Below, piece by piece: positions 28,974-38,132 of a DNA stretch of 64,000 nt (its first letter is position 1; every line of letters begins with the position of its first letter). The notes under the pieces were generated by a model. The model was given only the letters and a program-made list of their open reading frames with translations. It searched no databases and was not told the DNA's origin. A program made the position numbers and the translations under genes. This DNA is from Aliagarivorans taiwanensis DSM 22990 (GTDB lineage: Bacteria > Pseudomonadota > Gammaproteobacteria > Enterobacterales > Celerinatantimonadaceae), in contig NZ_AUBZ01000013.1 of assembly GCF_000429505.1 (NCBI RefSeq), positions 3,545 through 67,544 on the forward strand. The letters are read 5' to 3'.

Positions 28974-29909
28974 TTACTGCTCTTCACACAGCGAGAACTG
29001 TTGGCGCTGCAGGGCCTCGATACAGCGGATAAGAAGCGGGGCTCGCTCCATCTGCAGTAGATGCCCTTGGTTGTGTAGGTAGAGGAAGTGGCGCTTATCC
29101 TCAGGCAAGTACTGATAGACATACTCCCCTTGGCGCGGGTCCACCAAGCTGTCGGTGTCGCCTTGGATCACGATGGTAGGCACATCGATTTGTGCAAGTC
29201 GCGCTGGGCTATCCGCCAGCCCGGGCTGCAGGGCATACATCTCGAGGTTGGAGTGGCTAAGCTCGCGACCAATATTGCTGTAGCTCATCACCCAGCGGCT
29301 CAGCTGCCAGCTGGCCAAGCGATTGTACCAGCGTGGCGCACCCAGGCTTTGGCTGTGCACCCCGGCCAATAGCATCATTGCATCAATATCATCGGGAAGC
29401 GCTTCATAGAGCATTGGCGCAAGCGAGGCGCCCCAAGAGTGGCCGACCAGAATCAGCGGCAGCTCGGGATGTTCACGCTTTAGCTGGGTCAGCAGTGGGC
29501 TAATCAGCTCGACTTGCTCAAACATGCTGGGGACCGGGCGCGGCTGGTCTTGATACTGGGAGTTGCCCCAGCCGGGGCGATCGAGGCTAACAAACAGAAA
29601 GTCGGCGGTGAGCGCCTCATCGGCAATCAGGTAGGCCGCATCGGTCCAACTGCCGGGGGTGCCATGCACCCATACCACCACCCCGAGATTGGGTATGCCT
29701 CTGGTTACGTAATGCAGGTCAAACTCGCCATGGTGCAAGTGATGATGCTGGTAGGCCGGATTATCCATCAAATGGCTGGTGACAAACTCGCGTTGTTGCT
29801 GCAGCGAGTCGGGGAGGGGCTGGCAGGCGCTAAGCCCTAGCAACATTATCATTAACGTAACAAGAAAGGCGTACTTAAGGGTGTGTGCAAGAGTCATGGA
29901 GTAGGTCAC
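28974..29909 (-). CDS. alpha/beta-hydrolase-fold lipoprotein
   Basis: Lipobox LLGLSAC, nucleophile elbow GHSWGA, 311 aa. Confidence 0.7.
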   Translation of the reverse strand: MTYSMTLAHTLKYAFLVTLMIMLLGLSACQPLPDSLQQQREFVTSHLMDNPAYQHHHLHHGEFDLHYVTRGIPNLGVVVWVHGTPGSWTDAAYLIADEALTADFLFVSLDRPGWGNSQYQDQPRPVPSMFEQVELISPLLTQLKREHPELPLILVGHSWGASLAPMLYEALPDDIDAMMLLAGVHSQSLGAPRWYNRLASWQLSRWVMSYSNIGRELSHSNLEMYALQPGLADSPARLAQIDVPTIVIQGDTDSLVDPRQGEYVYQYLPEDKRHFLYLHNQGHLLQMERAPLLIRCIEALQRQQFSLCEEQ

Positions 29910-30284
29910 TTCGTCTGAGATCGGTTGGCCACATTCACTATGCCGCTATAGACCGAAGAGAAATCAATTTTTGTTCAAGTGTAGTTTAGAAAAACGCCGA
30001 CATAAGGGGCTTATGCATCGCGCATCTTCTGCCGCTGGCCATAGTAAACGCGCAGGCATTGCTCAATTGGCTACTCGAACCTCATTTATTACTGCTTGTC
30101 TGCGAGAAAAGGGCTGTTTTTCATCCAAATTGAAGGTAAAAACAGCGCTTAGTTTTAGATGTCATGAATGTGACAAATATCTTTCATAAGGTGCTGGCTC
30201 ATAAGGCTTTATTACTTGATGGTTTTGCCACTAAGGGGTAGAGTTTTGACTCTTTAAATAATCGAAAAGTAGTTGAATTAAGCC

Positions 30285-30893
30285 ATGGGCGAGTTCTGGC
30301 ATCACCTGACGTCTTATCCTGTTGTTCTGTTTTCCCTACCGTTTGCAATTCTCGCTGTCGTAATGCTGCTGGATCTGCTGTTTGATCTCTCCGATGGTGG
30401 CTTGGGTGATACCGACGCTGGCCAAGTTGAGGCAAGCTGGGTGACCAATTTTTATCTTCCGCCGATTCTGAGCAAGGTCCCGTTGCCGGTGGCCTTGTGT
30501 ATTGCGTTCTTCCTCGCCATGGTGGCGATGTTTTACATCGAGACTGAGCTGCTGTCACTGCTCGGTGGCCTGCTTCGGCATGGGCTGACGGTGGGGCTAC
30601 TACCGATTGTTTTATATCTTTCACTGCTTGCTACCTCGTGGCTTGTCAAACCACTGGCACCGCTGTTTGACCATAACAACAGCTTTGCGGCCATGGAGTT
30701 TGAGGGGATGCGCGGCCAAGTGCGCAGTAATGAAGTGAGTGACGAGTTCGGTGAAGTCGTCATTGTAAAGGATGGCAATGAGGTCCAACTCGATGTCTTC
30801 CAGCAAGGAAGCCTTCCCATCGCCTATGGCGATGAGGTGGTGATTCTGGCAAAGGATGCAGCTAAGAACCGTTATCTGGTTTCGAAAATCTAA
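30285..30893 (+). CDS. NfeD-like / YqiJ-like (DUF1449) membrane protein with C-terminal OB-fold
   Basis: 202 aa with 3-4 N-terminal TM helices and a C-terminal beta-rich segment (GMRGQVRSNEVSDEFGEVVIVKDGNEVQLDVFQQ...GDEVVIL) typical of short NfeD proteins. Lies 29 bp upstream of the flotillin gene. Confidence 0.6.
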   Translation: MGEFWHHLTSYPVVLFSLPFAILAVVMLLDLLFDLSDGGLGDTDAGQVEASWVTNFYLPPILSKVPLPVALCIAFFLAMVAMFYIETELLSLLGGLLRHGLTVGLLPIVLYLSLLATSWLVKPLAPLFDHNNSFAAMEFEGMRGQVRSNEVSDEFGEVVIVKDGNEVQLDVFQQGSLPIAYGDEVVILAKDAAKNRYLVSKI

Positions 30894-30922
30894 ATCGTCA
30901 ACTTGATCCAAGGATTAAAAGA

Positions 30923-33079
30923 ATGATCAAAGTAGGAATGTTCTATTTTACCCCTATCGTGTTTTTTGCATTTGTCGCGTTAGGTCTGCTGTTAGTGGTA
31001 CTGCTGTTTTTAACCTCCCGCTACAAAAAAGTGCGCCATGAAGGTGAAGCACTGATCATCAACGGCGTTGAGCGCACCCGCGCTTCACTCACCGGCTCCT
31101 TTGTGTGGCCGGTTATCAACCGCGCCGAGTACATGGACATTACCCGTAAGAAGATTTCGGTAGTACGTAGTGGCCGCAAAGATCAAGAAGGCGAAGAGTA
31201 CGAAGGCCTGCACTGTAAAGACAACATCCGTGCCGACCTGCAGGTGGATTTCTACATTGGTGTGAACCACGAAGAAGATGACATTGTGCGCGTGGCCAAG
31301 CTGATCACCGCCAAAGGGGCATCGAACATTGAGCGCCTTAAAGAGCACTTCCAGCCAAAGTTCTCAGAAGCACTGAAGACTGCCGTAAAACAGTTCTCGT
31401 TTGAAGAGCTGCTGACTAACCGTCGCGCCTTCCGTGATGCGGTGGTACAGGTAATCGGTTCAGAGATGGACGGCTTCAAGATCTACGATGTGGTTATCGA
31501 CAAGGTTGACCAAACCGCGCTGGATGCCCACGACCCAGATAATATTTTGGACGTAGAGGGTATCCGCAAGATCTCGAAAATTACCGCCGAGAAGAACATC
31601 GAAACTAATGCGATCCGCCAGGATGAGCAAACCTCGGTGAAGAAAAAGAACGTAGAAGCCGAAGCCAACCGCTTGCAGCTGGATAAGCAAGAGCAAGAGA
31701 GCATTGCCCGCACCCAGCGTGAGATTGAGATCATCCGCGCCCAGGAAGAAGCGCTGACCGAAGAGAAGCGCCAAGAGTATGACCGCGTCGCTAAGATGTC
31801 GGCGCTGGAAACCGAGGAAGAGCTCGGTAAGAAGAAAGAAAGCGTGGACATGGAAGTGGAGATGACCCGCATCGCCAACCAGCGTCAGGTCGAGATCCAA
31901 AAAGAAGACCTTAACCGCGCCATCGAAACCGAGCGCGTGCGCACCGAAACCGAAGTGGTGCAGCGCACCATGGAAAAAGAGAGCCTCACCGAAGAGTCGC
32001 TCAAGTCAGTATCGGAAGTGCGCTCTCAACGTGTGGAAATCGAGCGTAAGATTGCCCGCGAAGAAGAAGAGACTCACAACCTGCGCGCCACCGAACAAGT
32101 GAACCGCGATAAAAAGGTGCGTCTGGTACAAGCCGAAGCCGAGGCCGAAGCCCAGCAACTTGAACTATTGGTTATCGCCAAAGCGGAGAAAGACGCCGCG
32201 GTTGAGCGCGCTGAGCGCACCCTTATCGAGAACGAAGCCGAGCTTAAAGTACGTACTCGCACCGCCGACAACGAGCTGACCGTGAAGACCCGCCAAGCTG
32301 AAGCGGACTTCCAGGTGACCTCGAAAGCGGCTGAAGCCGAGTACATCGCTCGCGATAAAGAAGCGGCCGCCAAAGAGCGTCTGGCACTGGCCGAGAAAGA
32401 GTTCATCTACTCAACCGGTCTGGCAGAGGCTGAAGTCGACAAAGAGCGCGCGGTAGCCTTGAAAGAGACTGGCCTTGCAGAAGTAGCGGTTGAGAAAGAA
32501 CGTGCGCTGGCTATCAAGCAAACTGGTGATGCCGAAGCCCACAACACCCAAGCAGCCGGTGAAGCGGAAGCCGAAGCGATGCGTGCCAAAGGCCTGGCAG
32601 AGGCCGAAGCGCAAACCGCGCGCTTTGAAGCCGCCCGTCAGTACGACGACCAAACCCGCGAGCACGACAAGTGGGTTATGCAGCTTAACCAACAAAAAGA
32701 TCTGGAACTGGCTCGTATCGCAGCCCAGCAAGAAGTGGCTGGCGAGAACGCCAAGGCGCTGGCTCAGGCATTGGCATCGGCCGATATCAAGCTGTTTGGT
32801 GGCGAAGGTATGGAGCAGATCCGCCGCACCGTTATCGATGCAGCCAACATGGACAGCCGCTTCAAAGAGTCTGAGGTAATGGGCCCACTGGTATCTGAGT
32901 ACATCAATGGCGACCGTAGCCTACCGCAGGACATCAAAGACATCCTTGAGAAAACCGAAGTGAGCAGTGGCGACCTGAGCAACCTGGCGCTGGCCAACTT
33001 GCTGACCAACAAAGGCAACGTTAGTGAGTTGCTGGAGTCGCTAAAATCCGCCGTTAGCCCAGAGAAAGAACCGTCTTAA
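30923..33079 (+). CDS. flotillin-family SPFH/band-7 protein (YqiK-like) with an extended coiled coil
   Basis: N-terminal TM helix and SPFH domain collinear with E. coli YqiK (FVWPVINRAEYMD, FSEALKT, DPDNILDVEGIRKI). Followed by about 400 aa of E/A/K/R-rich heptad repeats. Confidence 0.85.
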   Translation: MIKVGMFYFTPIVFFAFVALGLLLVVLLFLTSRYKKVRHEGEALIINGVERTRASLTGSFVWPVINRAEYMDITRKKISVVRSGRKDQEGEEYEGLHCKDNIRADLQVDFYIGVNHEEDDIVRVAKLITAKGASNIERLKEHFQPKFSEALKTAVKQFSFEELLTNRRAFRDAVVQVIGSEMDGFKIYDVVIDKVDQTALDAHDPDNILDVEGIRKISKITAEKNIETNAIRQDEQTSVKKKNVEAEANRLQLDKQEQESIARTQREIEIIRAQEEALTEEKRQEYDRVAKMSALETEEELGKKKESVDMEVEMTRIANQRQVEIQKEDLNRAIETERVRTETEVVQRTMEKESLTEESLKSVSEVRSQRVEIERKIAREEEETHNLRATEQVNRDKKVRLVQAEAEAEAQQLELLVIAKAEKDAAVERAERTLIENEAELKVRTRTADNELTVKTRQAEADFQVTSKAAEAEYIARDKEAAAKERLALAEKEFIYSTGLAEAEVDKERAVALKETGLAEVAVEKERALAIKQTGDAEAHNTQAAGEAEAEAMRAKGLAEAEAQTARFEAARQYDDQTREHDKWVMQLNQQKDLELARIAAQQEVAGENAKALAQALASADIKLFGGEGMEQIRRTVIDAANMDSRFKESEVMGPLVSEYINGDRSLPQDIKDILEKTEVSSGDLSNLALANLLTNKGNVSELLESLKSAVSPEKEPS

Positions 33080-33151
33080 GTTACCGGCTTGCACCACTTG
33101 TTCTATCTGCCTGTCCTCGCTTGAGGGCAGGCACTCTAAGGATGCGATTAC

Positions 33152-36100
33152 GTGACTGATACAACATCCAACTCTATTGATCAGGCCGTCAGCGAAGGCG
33201 GAGCTTACGAAACGCTCAAGGCGCGCCTCGGTCAGCAGGGTGATACGCTAAAGTCGCTGGCTCAGCAGTTTAACCACAAACGTCAAGAGACCTTCGGCGG
33301 CAGCGAGATTGCACTGGTTGGCAAGGCCAACGTACAGACCGATACCCGCTGTATTCCGGTGGATATGGCCCAAGTGAATGGCCAGCTGCTGTTTGGTTAC
33401 CAAGTCTATGTTGGGCTCAAATCAACCCCGTCACTGAGTGACGTGTTTGGCTTGTATACCCTGCAAGACCACGAAGGAACCTACCGAGTCGACCCGGTCA
33501 AGCTCGAGGACTCCTTCCTCAGCGATGCCCGCTTTAACCATGAGTTCACCGAACTCTTCACCTATTACAAAGACGCCCGCCTGTCGCAGATCTCCCGTCA
33601 GGAAAGCATGCTTTATCTGGCTTTCCAGATCGGCTCGCGCGCAGAAGACCGCAAGGTATTTCGCTTTGAGATCCGCAAAGACGGCGTGGTCTACCTCGAC
33701 AGCCAAGGCCGATTGGAGCTTAGCGCTGCCCAGCAGCACGACTTTGAATGGATCGATACCACCCGCGACGACCATATCGCCGGTGACCATCCCCATGTGT
33801 CGATTCAAGATACTCTGTTTGTCGAATGTGTCGGTGGCGATCTAACCATCAAGGTTGAGAACAACACCCAAGAAGGCAAGGGCATCTACAGCGAGCCAGT
33901 GGAAGATGCGCACCAGAGCGTGGCGGATGCACAAATCGCCTATGCCTTGGTGGGTGATCTTATCGTGCTTCGGGTATTGCCCAACCGCGAAAAAGCGCAG
34001 CGCTATTTTATCTACAACCCACTCAATCAACTGGTGGTGCGCGCCGACGCCTTGTCGGTGAGTGCTAAGGCCTTGCCGGAAGGGCACGGCGTGCTCTACT
34101 CCAAGGGCTATGTGCTGTCTGGTGGTGAGCATAAGCAGTTTGATGGCGATTGGCAGGGGCTGGAGTTCTTCCAGAAGATGTCCTCGCCGAATGGCGAAGA
34201 TGAGGTCTACATCTTCTTCGATGTGAATGCCGGCTACTACGTCATCTACATCTACAACCTAATTGAAAAGTCCTTCACCGCACCGATGACCAGCCACGGC
34301 GTCAGCCTCTATCCTGACGGCCGGATGATGATGTTCCGGGTGTCGGAGAACGCCGAAGCCTCTACCATTCACCCACTGCGGATCTGGCAAACCCCGTTCT
34401 CGGTGGCTGAATACTATTTGCAGCAACAAAGCCAGAAAAGCGGTGGCGACAGCTTTATCTCCAACCTGGGCAATGCCGAGTTGGTGCGGGCGCTGTCATC
34501 GTTGCTGACCATCTGTCAGCTGGCCTCCAGCGATGAGGTGTCACAAGCCGCTTTCGAAGCCCTGCTTAAGGTCTGTCAAACCACCCTTGATACCTACGAT
34601 TGGCTGGCCGATCCACGTACCGAAGGGCTAGGCGATGCCGTAACCAGCCTGATGGGCACCGCCGATGCGATCATCGACGAGTTCGCCAAGGTGCGCCAGC
34701 TACAGCAACACGCCGTGGTTGAGCTAAGCGCCCAGCAAGACTCGGTCAAGCAGCTGGTGGGTAAACTCAAACTGGCCCCGAGCGATGAGGCCAGCGCACT
34801 GTTGGCGCTACTAGCCGCGCTTAAATCGGAAGTTGGCAAGGTGATGCAGCTCAAGGCGCTGCGCTATATGCCGATGCCGCCGGTACAAGCGATGCTCGAT
34901 GAGCTGGCTGGCGAGCGCGAGCAATTGAACCTGCGTTTGGTCACCCTGCTGCAGGACGAAAAATCCTACCGGCCTTACAAAAAGCGTATCGAGGCCATTG
35001 AGGCCAAGCTGCCGGAGGTGGAAAAAACCACCGAGCTGGCCAAGTTACAGGAAGAGTGCGACACGGTTCGTACCGAGCTGGGTCTGGTCACCGAAGAGGT
35101 GGCCGAGATTGAAACCGACGATCCGACCCAAGCCACCCGCATGCTCGATCTGACCACTGAGGTCAGCGCCATGCTCAACGCCACGTCGGCGCGTTTGCGC
35201 CAGCGCCAACAAGCGCTGCGCGGCAACGAAGCCAAGGCGGAGTTCAGTGCCCAATTTAAGCTACTGGGGCAAGCGGTCAGCAGCGCCATGGAGCAGGCCA
35301 GTACCCCCGCTCAGTGTGATGAGCAGATGGCCAAACTGGTGGGCTTGGTGGACAAGCTGGAGTCGCGCTTTGCCGACTTCGATGAGTTCCTAGGCGAGAT
35401 CTACGCTAAGCGCGAAGAGATCCAATCCAGCCTGGAAGGCCATAAGCAGCAGCTGATCAGCGCCCAGCAACGCCGGGTGCAAAACCTCAACCAAGCCGCT
35501 GAAGTCACCTTCAAGAGCATCGACAAGCGGCTTAGTCGCTTTGAAGACCCGGCTGAGCTGAGTAGCTACTTTGCCACCGACGCCATGGTGCTTAAGCTGC
35601 AGCAGCTGGTGGGCGATATCCGCCAGCTCGGCGATAGCGTTAAAGCCGATGCATTGGACGCCAAGCTAAAGGCTGCCCAAGATCAGGCCCTGCGCGCGCT
35701 GCGTGACAACAAAGATATCTTTGAAGAGGGCGGCAAGGTGCTGCGCCTTGGTAAGCACCGTTTCAGTGTTAACCAGCAGGCGCTGGACCTGAGTATGGTC
35801 AATCGCCAAGGCGAGCTAAGCCTGCACATCACCGGTACCGAATACTACGAAGCGGTGGATAACCCCGAGTTCCTCAAGCTGCAGCAATACGCCCAGCTGG
35901 ATGTCACCTCGGAGACGCCCGAGCTGTATCGCGCCGAATACCTGGCTTACTCGGTGCTGCAAAGCGCTCAGCGTCAGGAGAATGAGCTGTCGATGACGCT
36001 GTTGGAGCAGGCGCATAAAGATGGCCAGTTGGCCAAGCTTATCCAAAAATTTGCCGCGCCGCGCTACCGCGAAGGCTACGTGAAAGGCGTGCATGACCAT

Positions 36101-38065
36101 GATGCCGAGAAGATCCTCCGTGCTATCTTGCCGTGCTTTCAACAAGCCGGGCTGCTGCGCTTTGGCCAGTTAGAGCGTGCCAGTGCGCTGTTGTGGTTGA
36201 GCCAGCTAGATGGCGAGGCGCGCAGCGAGTGGTACCAACACGCCCACAACGCTGCGCTACTCAAAGAACATCTCAATGCCCATGCTGCCTTTGATGCGCT
36301 GTGTGAGCGCTTGGCTGGTGAGGTAAGCGCCATTGACGGCGCCGATATCCGCAATACCTGCGAGTATCTGGTTCGGCTACTGGCGCGCCAGGCCGATGCC
36401 GGCATGCTGGAGGTGGAGTGTGGACGCGATGCCCAAGAGCTGAAGGACAGCTATCTGTCGTTCCGCCGCGGCCTCGGTTGGCGGGCTACTGGGCTGGTGG
36501 ATATCCACGAGTACCAGTCCCATGCTCAATGGTTGGCAGCCTATAGCGCCAAGCATCAGCCGCAAGCACAGGCCTTTGTGGCAGAAGCGGCGCTGCTGGC
36601 CACCTTGCAAGAGTGTCAGGGCATCAACTTTGTGGCGCTGGACTTCTCCTTGCAGGTTGAGGTGAACGACTTGCTGGGCGATCACCGCTTGGTGGAGCAG
36701 GGCTCGCTGAGCATGGTGCTGGACGAGTTTTTGGGGCGCTGTGGCCATCACCATAGCGATACCATCCCCAACTACGAGGCCTACCTGCAGCAACGCTCTG
36801 AGCTACTGAATAGCACCAAGGCCAACCTGCGTCTTGATGAGTTTAAGGCGCGTCCGCTGACCTCGTTTGTGCGCAATATGCTGATCTCCGAGAGCTACCT
36901 GCCGCTGATTGGTGACAACTTGGCCAAGCAGATGGGCACGCTGGGCGATAGCAAGCGTACCGACTTGATGGGCATGCTACTGCTGATCTCGCCACCGGGT
37001 TACGGTAAGACCACCCTGATTGAATATGTCGCCCACAAGCTGGGACTGGTATTTATGAAGGTGAATGGCCCATCGATTGGTCATCAAGCCACCTCGCTTG
37101 ACCCCAGCGATGCGCCAGACCAAAACGCCGCCCGCGAGATTGAGAAGATCAATATGGCCTTCGAGATGGGCAACAACGTGCTGCTCTACCTCGATGATAT
37201 TCAGCATACCAACCCTGAGTTCTTGCAGAAGTTTATCTCGCTGTGTGACGGTACCCGTCGCATTGAGGGTAGCTGGAAGGGCCAGACCAAGACCTATGAC
37301 ATGCGCGGCAAGCGCTTTGGCGTCGTGATGGCCGGTAACCCTTACACCGAAACCGGTGAGATGTTCCAGATCCCCGATATGTTGGCTAACCGTGCCGATA
37401 TCTACAACCTGGGTGATATGCTGTCAGACCAGAAGCAGGCCTTCGAGCTGTCGTTTGTCGAGAACTCGCTGACTTCAAATCCGATCCTGGCACCGCTGGC
37501 GACCCGTGATTTGAATGACCTGTACAAGCTGATCGCCATGGCACAAGGCGACAAGGTAGCCTTGAGCGACCTGAGCCACCCATACTCTGCCACCGAAGCC
37601 AACGAAATCGTGGCGGTGTTGCAGAAGCTATTGGTGGTACAGCAAACGGTGTTAAGGGTGAATCAGCAGTACATCGCCTCGGCGGCCACCGCCGACGAGT
37701 ATCGCACCGAGCCGCCGTTCAAGTTACAGGGCTCCTACCGCAACATGAACAAGTTGTCGGAGAAGGTGTCTGCGGTGATGACCGAAGATGAGCTGCAAAC
37801 CTTGATTCAGGACCACTATCAGGGCGAGTCGCAAACCTTGACCGCCGGCACCGAAGAGAACCTGCTTAAACTCGATGAGTTGCGCGGTGTCCTCGACGGT
37901 GACAAGGCGCTGCGTTGGCAGGAGATCAAGGCGCGTTATTCACAGAAGCAAGAGCTGGGGGATAGCGAGGACCGCGCTGCCCAAGTGGTTCAGCAGCTTT
38001 ATTCCATTAATCAGAGTATTGGCAAGGTCGCCAAGCAGTTCTCTGGAGAACAGGAGCTGGTGTAA
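33152..38065 (+). CDS. 1637-aa multidomain protein: N-terminal globular region, central coiled coil, C-terminal AAA+ P-loop ATPase
   Basis: Long uninterrupted ORF with an RBS. Walker A ISPPGYGKTTL lies at about 36990-37020. Walker-B-like VLLYLDDIQ, sensor-1 VVMAGNPY and a candidate Arg finger LANRADIY follow. Residues 480-900 are Q/L/E/K-rich with heptad periodicity. No signal peptide. Confidence 0.8.
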   Translation: MTDTTSNSIDQAVSEGGAYETLKARLGQQGDTLKSLAQQFNHKRQETFGGSEIALVGKANVQTDTRCIPVDMAQVNGQLLFGYQVYVGLKSTPSLSDVFGLYTLQDHEGTYRVDPVKLEDSFLSDARFNHEFTELFTYYKDARLSQISRQESMLYLAFQIGSRAEDRKVFRFEIRKDGVVYLDSQGRLELSAAQQHDFEWIDTTRDDHIAGDHPHVSIQDTLFVECVGGDLTIKVENNTQEGKGIYSEPVEDAHQSVADAQIAYALVGDLIVLRVLPNREKAQRYFIYNPLNQLVVRADALSVSAKALPEGHGVLYSKGYVLSGGEHKQFDGDWQGLEFFQKMSSPNGEDEVYIFFDVNAGYYVIYIYNLIEKSFTAPMTSHGVSLYPDGRMMMFRVSENAEASTIHPLRIWQTPFSVAEYYLQQQSQKSGGDSFISNLGNAELVRALSSLLTICQLASSDEVSQAAFEALLKVCQTTLDTYDWLADPRTEGLGDAVTSLMGTADAIIDEFAKVRQLQQHAVVELSAQQDSVKQLVGKLKLAPSDEASALLALLAALKSEVGKVMQLKALRYMPMPPVQAMLDELAGEREQLNLRLVTLLQDEKSYRPYKKRIEAIEAKLPEVEKTTELAKLQEECDTVRTELGLVTEEVAEIETDDPTQATRMLDLTTEVSAMLNATSARLRQRQQALRGNEAKAEFSAQFKLLGQAVSSAMEQASTPAQCDEQMAKLVGLVDKLESRFADFDEFLGEIYAKREEIQSSLEGHKQQLISAQQRRVQNLNQAAEVTFKSIDKRLSRFEDPAELSSYFATDAMVLKLQQLVGDIRQLGDSVKADALDAKLKAAQDQALRALRDNKDIFEEGGKVLRLGKHRFSVNQQALDLSMVNRQGELSLHITGTEYYEAVDNPEFLKLQQYAQLDVTSETPELYRAEYLAYSVLQSAQRQENELSMTLLEQAHKDGQLAKLIQKFAAPRYREGYVKGVHDHDAEKILRAILPCFQQAGLLRFGQLERASALLWLSQLDGEARSEWYQHAHNAALLKEHLNAHAAFDALCERLAGEVSAIDGADIRNTCEYLVRLLARQADAGMLEVECGRDAQELKDSYLSFRRGLGWRATGLVDIHEYQSHAQWLAAYSAKHQPQAQAFVAEAALLATLQECQGINFVALDFSLQVEVNDLLGDHRLVEQGSLSMVLDEFLGRCGHHHSDTIPNYEAYLQQRSELLNSTKANLRLDEFKARPLTSFVRNMLISESYLPLIGDNLAKQMGTLGDSKRTDLMGMLLLISPPGYGKTTLIEYVAHKLGLVFMKVNGPSIGHQATSLDPSDAPDQNAAREIEKINMAFEMGNNVLLYLDDIQHTNPEFLQKFISLCDGTRRIEGSWKGQTKTYDMRGKRFGVVMAGNPYTETGEMFQIPDMLANRADIYNLGDMLSDQKQAFELSFVENSLTSNPILAPLATRDLNDLYKLIAMAQGDKVALSDLSHPYSATEANEIVAVLQKLLVVQQTVLRVNQQYIASAATADEYRTEPPFKLQGSYRNMNKLSEKVSAVMTEDELQTLIQDHYQGESQTLTAGTEENLLKLDELRGVLDGDKALRWQEIKARYSQKQELGDSEDRAAQVVQQLYSINQSIGKVAKQFSGEQELV

Positions 38066-38132
38066 ATCCATGGGCGGCGTGTATAAGCGCCGCCCTTGTT
38101 TTATTGCCAGCCACAGATAGTTAGGGATCGTT

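Noticed and set aside
31085-33018. Many minus-strand and alternative-frame ORFs (for example 31460..31900, 32074..32406, 32411..32731, 32490..32879) inside the flotillin gene.
   Set aside because: They are low-complexity translations of the antisense or shifted frames of the GAA/GCC-rich coiled-coil repeat region. They have no independent start context.
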